Shown here piece by piece: positions 57,334 through 64,000 of a stretch of DNA of 64,000 nucleotides; position 1 is the stretch's first letter; every line of letters starts with the position of its first letter. The notes under the pieces are model-generated. The model was given only the letters and a program-made list of their open reading frames with translations, was not told where the DNA came from and searched no databases. Made by a program: the position numbers and the translations under genes. Source of the DNA: Planctomycetota bacterium (GTDB taxonomy: Bacteria > Planctomycetota > B15-G4); contig JAJDEO010000030.1 of the NCBI GenBank assembly GCA_029259745.1, positions 47,657 to 111,656 of the forward strand, given 5' to 3'.

Positions 57334-57801
57334 ATGACGCCCCCTGCACCACTACCTGAGCAGCTCCTCGCCGATCTTCATGAGCTGATCGAGCTCAACG
57401 TCGACAGCGTCAACGGGTTCGCCGAAGCGGCAACCCTCACGGACGATCGCGATCTTGCCGCCCTGTTCGACGGCATCGCCAAAGCGCGCCGTCGCAACGT
57501 CGCTGCGCTCGGCGAGTACTTCGCCCACGCAGGTCAGCGCCCGGATACAGCGGGAACGGTCAAGGGCGCGACGCACCGTGCATGGATGGATCTGCGCGCC
57601 TTCTTGCAGGGCAACGATCGCAATGCCGTGCTAGGTGAAGTGGTTCGCGGCGAGGCAACGATCAAGGGCAAGTACGAGAGTGTCATCGAGGCCACGAAGT
57701 CGCTACCGATCGGCGAGATCCTGCAAGAACAGTACCGCGACCTCGTCAACGAATACGATCGCATCCGAGTGATCGAACAAGCATCCAAGGAGTCGACATG
57801 A
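57334..57801 (+). CDS. PA2169/DUF2383 family four-helix-bundle (ferritin-like) protein
   Basis: AGGAG RBS. LIELNVDSVNGFAEAA...ATHRAWMDLRAFL...VVRGEATIKGKYES matches the family pattern. Confidence 0.75.
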   Translation: MTPPAPLPEQLLADLHELIELNVDSVNGFAEAATLTDDRDLAALFDGIAKARRRNVAALGEYFAHAGQRPDTAGTVKGATHRAWMDLRAFLQGNDRNAVLGEVVRGEATIKGKYESVIEATKSLPIGEILQEQYRDLVNEYDRIRVIEQASKEST

Positions 57802-57998
57802 GTTCTGCGTACAGCTACACCACCGTGATCGGAGTGTCCTCGAACAGCTGGGAGGACGCCGTGCAAACCGCCCTCGAGAAGGCTCGTGAGGCTGGCCACA
57901 AAGGCAGCTGGTTCGAGGTCGGCGAAACGCGCGGGCGCCTCGACGACGGCGAGTTCGCCGAGTGGCAGGTTGCCGTTCGCATCGGACACGCGTGCTGA
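57798..57998 (+). CDS. dodecin-family small flavin-binding-type protein
   Basis: ATGA overlap. YTTVIGVSSNSWEDAVQTALEKA...WFEVGETRGRLDDGEFAEWQVAVRIG is the dodecin pattern. 66 aa. Confidence 0.75.
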   Translation: MSSAYSYTTVIGVSSNSWEDAVQTALEKAREAGHKGSWFEVGETRGRLDDGEFAEWQVAVRIGHAC

Positions 57999-58167
57999 GG
58001 ACGGCCCGCAGTGCGTGACGCTTCCAGCATCTCCGCGCGCGGTCAGGTCGCCGCCCTCGCGACGGGGCTCGCCACGTCTTCGCGTGCGCCTCACAGCACG
58101 TTGCGTGCAGCGTGGGTCATCCGCGACGAGCACGCCGTGAGACAAAGCGTGGGACGCAGAGTCAGCC

Positions 58168-58608
58168 TCAGGTGGCCGGCTTCCCGTCGGCCGGGCTTCC
58201 GTCAGCTGGTTTGCCGTCAGCGGGTTTAAAGGCGAGCGCGGCCGAGTTCATGCAGTAGCGCATGCCGGTCGGCGCCGGACCGTCCTCGAAGACGTGGCCG
58301 AGGTGCGCATCGCAGGCCGCGCAGAGCACCTCCGTACGCTTCATGAAGAACTTGCGGTCGGTTTTCATGGTGACGGAGCCGTCGTCCGCCGGAGCCCAGA
58401 AGCTCGGCCAGCCCGTGCCTGAATCGAACTTCGTCCTCGACTCGAAGAGCCGTGCGCCGCAACAGATACATGCGTAGTCGCCGGGGCGCTTGTTGTCCCA
58501 GTAGATGCCGCTGAAGGCACCCTCCGTGCCGCCCTTACGCGTGACGTTGTACTGCTCGGGCGTGAGCTGGGCCTTCCATTCTTCCTTCGTCTTCTCGACA
58601 CGAGCCAT
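58168..58608 (-). CDS. msrB: peptide-methionine (R)-S-oxide reductase MsrB with C-terminal PADG(K/S) repeat tail
   Basis: Start MARVEKTKEEW with AGGAG 7 nt upstream. Zn CxxC pairs (CICCGARLF; CAACDAHLGHVF). Catalytic RYCMNS. Confidence 0.93.
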   Translation of the reverse strand: MARVEKTKEEWKAQLTPEQYNVTRKGGTEGAFSGIYWDNKRPGDYACICCGARLFESRTKFDSGTGWPSFWAPADDGSVTMKTDRKFFMKRTEVLCAACDAHLGHVFEDGPAPTGMRYCMNSAALAFKPADGKPADGSPADGKPAT

Positions 58609-58743
58609 GTCCGTCTCCTGGGCTGGAGCGTCGAGGATAGCGTCGTCGGTGGAGCACGTCCGCATCGGCCGCAAAGTCGGGGTCAGTTCGCGCCGCCTCG
58701 GTGCCGATCAAGATGGAGTCTCGACCCCGAGGGCCGCTCAACG

Positions 58744-58881
58744 ATGGAAAGCCGACGTCCCGACCACCTCCTCGCGCCCGCCCTCGCGCTCGTCGTGGCG
58801 ATCCTCCTCGGCATCGGCGCCGTTCAGACGTTCGCCAGCACGAACGCCGACGAAGACGCGACGACGTCCGCGAACCGCTGA
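58744..58881 (+). CDS. possible small membrane protein (45 aa), below the ORF-track cutoff
   Basis: MESRRPDHLLAPALALVVAILLGIGAVQTFASTNADEDATTSANR: one TM segment. About 41 of 45 codons end in G or C. Weak GAGGG 11 nt upstream. Confidence 0.4.
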   Translation: MESRRPDHLLAPALALVVAILLGIGAVQTFASTNADEDATTSANR

Positions 58882-58998
58882 AGCTCGCGTTCGTTCAGCT
58901 CTTGAGGCTGAACTCGCAGGGAAGCTCGAGTCTGTCGTCGAGCTCTGACGTGCAACCACTGCGCGCACCAGTCGTCACGCTCCGTGACCTGGCGTCCA

Positions 58999-60408
58999 TT
59001 AGTCGGGCAGCCGGCCCGGCTCGCGCACGTCCGTGCCGACGACGCCGTTCAGCTTGTCGCCGAGCTTCGCGCGCATCGCGGCCGCACGCGCTTCGAGTTC
59101 CGCGACGACGTCCGGGTGCTCGGCGGCGACGTCGTTGCGCTCGAACGGGTCGGCTTCGACATCGAACAGCCCGCCTTCGATGCGCGCGTCCCAGCGGTAC
59201 TTTCCGGGCGTGCCTCCGGCGCCTTGCGGCTGGTCGATCATCGTGCGGTAGCGGTGCGGCAGGTGCAGCTTCCAGCGGCCGACGCGCACGGCTTCGAGTT
59301 CGGCCTGGTGGTACCAGAAGAACGACTCTTCGCGCGGCGGCATCGCGCCGGTTTCGTCGAAGAGCACGGCGCGTGCGTCGCGCCCGTCGATCGGATGGTC
59401 GGGGAGCTCGGCGCCGAGCAGCGCGGCGACCGTCGGCAGCACGTCGATCGTCATCCAGTGGACGCCACTGACGCGCCCGGCCGGGATCGTGCCCGGCCAG
59501 CGCGCGATGCACGGCACGCGCACGCCGCCCTCGAACGTCGTGCCCTTGCCCTCGCGCAGCCCGTCCGTCGTCCCGGCGTGGTCGCCGTAGCTCAGCCACG
59601 GTCCGTTGTCGGACGTGAAGATCACGAGTGTGTTCTCGGTGAGCGACAGCTCGTCGAGCGTCGCCAAGATCTTGCCGACACCGGCGTCGATCTCGGTGAT
59701 GACGTCGCCGTAGAGGCCCGCACCCGAGCGTCCTTCCTCGGCGACGAACAGCGGTACGTGCGGCATCGGGTGGGCGAGGTACGCGAAGAACGGCTCGTCG
59801 GCGTTGGCGCGGATGAAGTCGCAGATGCGATCCGTGAAACCCGTCGTGAACGTGCGCTGGTCGGGGTTCTCCGCCACGACGTCGTGCCCCTCGAAGAGCG
59901 GCAACGGCGGATACGTGCCCTTCCTCGCCTCGGGGTGCGACGGCCACATGTCGTTCGAGTACGGGATCCCCGAGAACTCGTCGAAGCCGTGGTTCAGCGG
60001 CAGGAACGGTTCGTGGTGACCGAGATGCCACTTGCCGTGGATCGCCGTTGCGTAGCCGCGCGACCTGCAGAGTTCCGCGAGCGTGACCTCGTCGCCGTGG
60101 AGTCCGTGCTTCGCGTGCGGACCGAGCGCGCCGTGGATGCCGATGCGATTCGCGTAGCAGCCCGTGAGCAACGACGCACGCGACGCCGAGCAGACGGGCT
60201 GCGCGACGTTGAAGTCGGTGAAGCGCACGCCCTCGGCCGCCATGCGATCGAGGTGCGGCGTGCGCCAACGCTGCTCGCCCTGGCACGACAGGTCGCCGTA
60301 GCCGAGGTCGTCACAGAAAACGATGACGATGTTCGGTGAACGCTCATCAGCCGCGTGCACGGCTGTGGCTGCGAGCAGCCAGACGACCAGCGCCCGAAGC
60401 ACGATCAA
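58999..60408 (-). CDS. arylsulfatase-family sulfatase, secreted
   Basis: Signal peptide, NIVIVFCDDLGYGDL, formylglycine site PVCSASRASLLTG (C-x-A-x-R), GKWHLG. TTG start overlapping the upstream TGA (TTGA). Confidence 0.88.
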   Translation of the reverse strand: MIVLRALVVWLLAATAVHAADERSPNIVIVFCDDLGYGDLSCQGEQRWRTPHLDRMAAEGVRFTDFNVAQPVCSASRASLLTGCYANRIGIHGALGPHAKHGLHGDEVTLAELCRSRGYATAIHGKWHLGHHEPFLPLNHGFDEFSGIPYSNDMWPSHPEARKGTYPPLPLFEGHDVVAENPDQRTFTTGFTDRICDFIRANADEPFFAYLAHPMPHVPLFVAEEGRSGAGLYGDVITEIDAGVGKILATLDELSLTENTLVIFTSDNGPWLSYGDHAGTTDGLREGKGTTFEGGVRVPCIARWPGTIPAGRVSGVHWMTIDVLPTVAALLGAELPDHPIDGRDARAVLFDETGAMPPREESFFWYHQAELEAVRVGRWKLHLPHRYRTMIDQPQGAGGTPGKYRWDARIEGGLFDVEADPFERNDVAAEHPDVVAELEARAAAMRAKLGDKLNGVVGTDVREPGRLPD

Positions 60409-61265
60409 AGCCCGTCGATGATCCCACGCAGGCGCGCAACCACCTCGGGCGGACGCTTGTCCTCGGCCGTGATGACGGCAAACTTCGAGGCCTCGGCGAT
60501 CGCCTGGTCACGCGGCGCGGCGGCCACGGCGGGTAGCGCACGACGCAGCAGGTTCTTGGCCGCCACGGCGTTCGTCGTCAGCGTTTCGATCACCATCTGG
60601 ATGTCGACGTCGTCGTGGTCGGGATGCCAGCAGTCGTAGTCGGTCACCATGCAGACGAGCGCATACTCCATGCCGGCCTCGCGCGCGAGCTTCGCCTCGG
60701 GCAGCGCCGACATGTTGATGATGTCCGCACCCCACGAGCGATACAGCTCCGACTCACCGCGCGTGCTGAACAGCGGCCCTTCCATGCAGACGAGCGTGCC
60801 GCCGTGATGACGCGTGAGGTCCATGCCGTCCATCGCGTCGTACATGATCTTCGAGAGCGCGTTCGCGAAGGGATCCGCGAAGGCGACGTGTCCGACGAGC
60901 CCGTCGCCGAAGAACGTATCGGGACGGTGACGCGTGCGGTCGATGACCTGCGTCGGCACGACGAAGTGACGCGGCGCGTACTGTTCTTGCAGCGAGCCCA
61001 CGGCGCTGAACGAGAGGATCTTCTCGACGCCGATGCCCTTGAGCGCCGCGATGTTCGCGCGACTGGGAACCTCGGTGGGCAGCCAGCGGTGGCCGCGACC
61101 GTGGCGCGGGAGGAACGCGAGACGCACGCCGTCCACCGTCGCGACGGTGAGCGCGTCGGATGGTTTGCCGAACGGCGTGTCGGGGAAGACTTCCTCGACG
61201 TTCTCGAGGCCGTCCATCTCGTAGAGGCCGCTGCCGCCGATGACGCCGATCTTGACCGGATCCAT
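60405..61265 (-). CDS. mtnP: S-methyl-5'-thioadenosine phosphorylase
   Basis: Start reset to MDPVKIGVIGGSGLY. LPRHGRGHR, SAVGSL, VCMEGPLFSTRGES, DIINMSALPEA. Confidence 0.88.
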   Translation of the reverse strand: MDPVKIGVIGGSGLYEMDGLENVEEVFPDTPFGKPSDALTVATVDGVRLAFLPRHGRGHRWLPTEVPSRANIAALKGIGVEKILSFSAVGSLQEQYAPRHFVVPTQVIDRTRHRPDTFFGDGLVGHVAFADPFANALSKIMYDAMDGMDLTRHHGGTLVCMEGPLFSTRGESELYRSWGADIINMSALPEAKLAREAGMEYALVCMVTDYDCWHPDHDDVDIQMVIETLTTNAVAAKNLLRRALPAVAAAPRDQAIAEASKFAVITAEDKRPPEVVARLRGIIDGL

Positions 61266-61329
61266 GCCTACTCCTCGCACTCGGTGATGGGCGCGCGAGC
61301 ATGACGAGCCCAGCGGGACGACGCAAGCA

Positions 61330-62457
61330 TCACGCCCCGCGAGACAGCTTCCCAAGCACCGTGGCCCGGCGGGCGCCCGTCACGGATGGCAAGCCGGACG
61401 GCACGCCATCGCACGTTGCGGCCGCGAGGATCGCAAATGCGACGCACTCCTTGGCCAGGACGGGGATCCCGAGGGCCTCGTCGCTCGTGACAACGCGAAT
61501 CGGGTGCAGAGCACGGCGCAGTCCGCCGATGAGACAGGCGTTGAAAGCCCCGCCGCCGGAAACGACGAGGTCGTCGGGCGCGCGCGGTGCGTGGTCGACG
61601 GTGCCGCGGACGATCCCGCGCACCGTGTACGCCGCGAGCGTGGCGGCCATGTCTTCGAGACTCAACGCACCCAGAGCGGCCCGGTGCCGCTCGAGGAACG
61701 CGGCCCCGTAGCGCTCGCGCCCGGTCGACTTCGGCGGCCGCTGGGCGAAGAACCCATCGCCCTCCTCGAAGCGATCCAAGAGCGCCTCGTCGGCGCGCCC
61801 ACGCAGGCCGAGCGCGCCGCCCTCGTCGAACTGCAGCGAGCCGTCGCTGCGCCAGGCGAGCGCGGCGTCGAGCACCATGTTTCCCGGGCCCGTGTCGAAG
61901 GCGCGCACGTCGGCGAGCGGCGCGTTCGCTGCCGGCGTCGTGAACGTGACATTCGCGATGCCACCGATGTTCAGCGCGGCCCGCGGACGATCGTTGCCGA
62001 GCAAGACGGCGTCGGCGAACGGCACGAGCGGTGCGCCGTGCCCGCCGGCCGCACGATCGCGCGCGCGGATGTCGGACAGGACGTCACAGCGTGTGCGCTC
62101 GGCGATCACGTCGCCGTCACCGAGCGCGAGTGTCGCACCCGCCTCACCGTCGGCCGGAGGAATGTGGACGACGGTGAGCCCGCCGGTCGCGATGGCCGTG
62201 ACCGCGGAAGGTTCGAGGCCGGCGGCGTGGATCGCGCGCAACGCCGCCGTCGCCAGCCACTCACCGAGGGCGACGTGCATCAGCGCGAGCTCCGACACCG
62301 TCGCATCCGGCAACGCGAGCACGCGCGCACGCTCGTCACGCGTGAAAGGAACGTGCTCGTGGGCGAGCACCTCGACGCGCAGTGCCGGCGCTCTACCGTC
62401 GATGCGCGTCGCCACGGCGTCGACGCCGTCCGCCGACGTCCCGGACATCAAACCCAC
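61330..62457 (-). CDS. anmK: anhydro-N-acetylmuramic acid kinase
   Basis: N-terminal GLMSGTSADGVDA, GGIANV, DTGPGNMVLD and VSGGGAFN motifs. GTG start. Confidence 0.88.
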   Translation of the reverse strand: MGLMSGTSADGVDAVATRIDGRAPALRVEVLAHEHVPFTRDERARVLALPDATVSELALMHVALGEWLATAALRAIHAAGLEPSAVTAIATGGLTVVHIPPADGEAGATLALGDGDVIAERTRCDVLSDIRARDRAAGGHGAPLVPFADAVLLGNDRPRAALNIGGIANVTFTTPAANAPLADVRAFDTGPGNMVLDAALAWRSDGSLQFDEGGALGLRGRADEALLDRFEEGDGFFAQRPPKSTGRERYGAAFLERHRAALGALSLEDMAATLAAYTVRGIVRGTVDHAPRAPDDLVVSGGGAFNACLIGGLRRALHPIRVVTSDEALGIPVLAKECVAFAILAAATCDGVPSGLPSVTGARRATVLGKLSRGA

Positions 62458-62489
62458 GAAGACCCGCGACGCGCCGGAGGCTTGTCCGC

Positions 62490-63317
62490 TCAGCGCTCGG
62501 GCATGAGCAGCGTCATGCCGGGGTGAATCTTCTCGGGCGCCTCGAGGTACGCGCGGTTGAGCTCGTAGATCTCGTCCCAGCGGTTCTCTTCACCGAGCTC
62601 GCGCTTGGCGATGCGGCGCAGCGAATCGCCGCTGCGCACCTCGTACTTCGGCACGGTCGCCGTGGAGTTGAGGGGCTTCGTCACGCTCGGCTCCTCGGTC
62701 TTCGTCGTCGCCTTCTTCAGCACCGGCGGCGTCTGCACATTGTCGGGCAGCTTCACGGGCAGGGTCAGCACCGTGATCCCGGCCTTGATGTGATCGGCGT
62801 CGACGGTCGGATTCGCGGCGAGGATGATGTCGACGATGCGCTTGATGTCGCCGTCGCCGTAATGCTTGCGCGCGATCTTCCAAAGGCTGTCGCCGGGCTC
62901 GACGACGTACTCGATCGTGCCGGCAGGTTGCGCCTCGGGCGGCGCGGTCTCCTCGGGCTCGATCGGCGCGCTACGGCGCAGGACGGGCGTGACGTCCTCG
63001 GACTTGATCGAGAACGGCGTCGTCTTCGGCTTGCCCTTGACGACCGGACCCTTGCTGTTCGTCATCTCGCGGATCGCGTTGTCGCGACGCTGCACGAGTT
63101 CCTGCTGGCGACGAGCCGCCTCGGCGCGCTTCTCGTCATCCGAGTCACGCAGCAGCACAGGCGTTTCGTCGTCATCGGTGTGCGCCGACACCGTGCCTTC
63201 GCGCACTCCGAAGAGTGAACCTTCGGGATCCATCGCACCGCTGATCGCAATCCCGAGGATCGCAACGATGACGACGAAGATCCCCACGAAGATCGTTCGT
63301 TCGACCGTAAGACCCAA
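62490..63317 (-). CDS. membrane-anchored protein with two LysM peptidoglycan-binding domains
   Basis: TTG start with GGGAGGG 7 nt upstream. TM IFVGIFVVIVAILGIAI. LysM repeats YVVEPGDSLWKIARKHYG and YEVRSGDSLRRIAKRELG. Confidence 0.85.
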   Translation of the reverse strand: MGLTVERTIFVGIFVVIVAILGIAISGAMDPEGSLFGVREGTVSAHTDDDETPVLLRDSDDEKRAEAARRQQELVQRRDNAIREMTNSKGPVVKGKPKTTPFSIKSEDVTPVLRRSAPIEPEETAPPEAQPAGTIEYVVEPGDSLWKIARKHYGDGDIKRIVDIILAANPTVDADHIKAGITVLTLPVKLPDNVQTPPVLKKATTKTEEPSVTKPLNSTATVPKYEVRSGDSLRRIAKRELGEENRWDEIYELNRAYLEAPEKIHPGMTLLMPER

Positions 63318-63460
63318 ACGACATACCCTCCCGCGCGCTCGTCACGAGCTCGGGCTTCATTGCATGGTGGAGTCACCGCCTGACTCCGGGTTCGATCGTA
63401 GGACCGGCCCGACGCGGATTCAACGACGACGGGCTCGGGATGAACGAAGAGGACGACGCG

Positions 63461-64000
63461 TCAGGGAGCGTCGCGCTGACTCCGCTCCGACGTACGCGCA
63501 TTGGGCGATCCCGTCAGCGCCGCGACGATCGCGTTGCGCAGCCGACGACCCCACCGCTCGCAGCTCTTGCGGCGCTGGCCGTAGCGCCGCAGATGCTTGT
63601 CGCGTTCGGCCGGCTCGAGCGTTTCGGGCGCGTAGCGGACGCGGAACTTCGCGAGCGCACGGCGGTCGATGTGGCGCGTCAGCGGCAGGAGCATGCGCCG
63701 CAGCCAGCGGCAGGGACCCAACGTCGCGTGCAGGCCTTGACCAAGATCGACGATCCAAGCCTCGCCGTGCTCGTCGACGAGCACGTTGCGCTTCTGGTGG
63801 AGGTCGAGATGGACGAAACCGAGGTCGTGCAGCGCGGCGAGCCGCCGATCGAGGCTCTCGAGCGCCTGGTGGAGCAAGGGCTTCGGAAGCGAGCGCTTCA
63901 TGGGCCGTGACGGCACGTATTCGGCCAGGAACGCTCGATCCGAGAAGGATCCGACGAAGTACGGGATCCCCGGCGTGCCGCGCAGATGCCGGTAGTTGAT
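63461..64000 (-). CDS. protein-kinase-like fold protein (Kdo/WaaP/RIO-like), N-terminus outside the window
   Basis: The frame stays open from 64000 (INYRHLRGTPGIPYFVGSF...), upstream of the track start at 63916. GFVHLDLHQKRNVLVDEHGEAWIVDLG contains HxDxxxxN and a DLG motif. Confidence 0.5.
   Translation of the reverse strand: MNYRHLRGTPGIPYFVGSFSDRAFLAEYVPSRPMKRSLPKPLLHQALESLDRRLAALHDLGFVHLDLHQKRNVLVDEHGEAWIVDLGQGLHATLGPCRWLRRMLLPLTRHIDRRALAKFRVRYAPETLEPAERDKHLRRYGQRRKSCERWGRRLRNAIVAALTGSPNARTSERSQRDAP

Overview
High-GC bacterial chromosomal segment (roughly 70 % GC by eye, not computed). It is densely coding: I support about 53 CDS. I found no rRNA, tRNA, CRISPR array, transposase or integrase. 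All family calls come from motifs read in the supplied translations; no database search was run. Start codons were refined by hand using signal peptides, RBS-like purine tracts, GC3 bias and 4-nt stop/start overlaps.

Gene content, in window order:
- An envelope-protein mini-operon with tandem paralogs (1-1961).
- A six-gene translationally coupled glycan operon (2092-9427).
- Two adjacent degenerate Ser/Thr-kinase-like genes (9522-14240).
- A BNR lipoprotein, an ABC ATPase, a polytopic membrane protein and a GGDEF-EAL protein on one strand (14369-21320).
- An FG-GAP protein and an M16 peptidase.
- Secreted proteins followed by an SGNH/MBOAT O-acylation pair (27176-32164).
- A coupled alpha/beta-hydrolase and membrane MutS-domain-V ATPase pair (32182-34946).
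- A cold-shock gene with unusually large flanking non-coding DNA.
- A 1543-aa CheB-CheR-PAS-GAF-HK-REC protein.
- fhs, a peroxiredoxin with a thioredoxin-like partner, and an MgtC-family protein.
- A sigma-54/NtrC-controlled stress-type operon (51480-57998).
- msrB, a sulfatase, MTA phosphorylase, anmK and a LysM protein.

Most noteworthy:
1. Two back-to-back divergent sigma-54 promoters at 51345-51405. One faces an operon that encodes its own HK/NtrC activator. The other faces an aldehyde-dehydrogenase homolog in which both the catalytic Cys and the oxyanion-hole Asn are substituted.
2. A pair of neighbouring pseudokinase-like genes that have lost complementary catalytic residues.
3. The hydrolase and membrane MutS-like ATPase cassette.
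4. Two gene-free regions (36431-37752 and 39227-39754) that carry a 157-bp inverted-repeat element, an orphan intrinsic terminator and a tandem direct repeat.

Nothing here can be called a proven new system from sequence alone. Each item is given with the test that would decide it.
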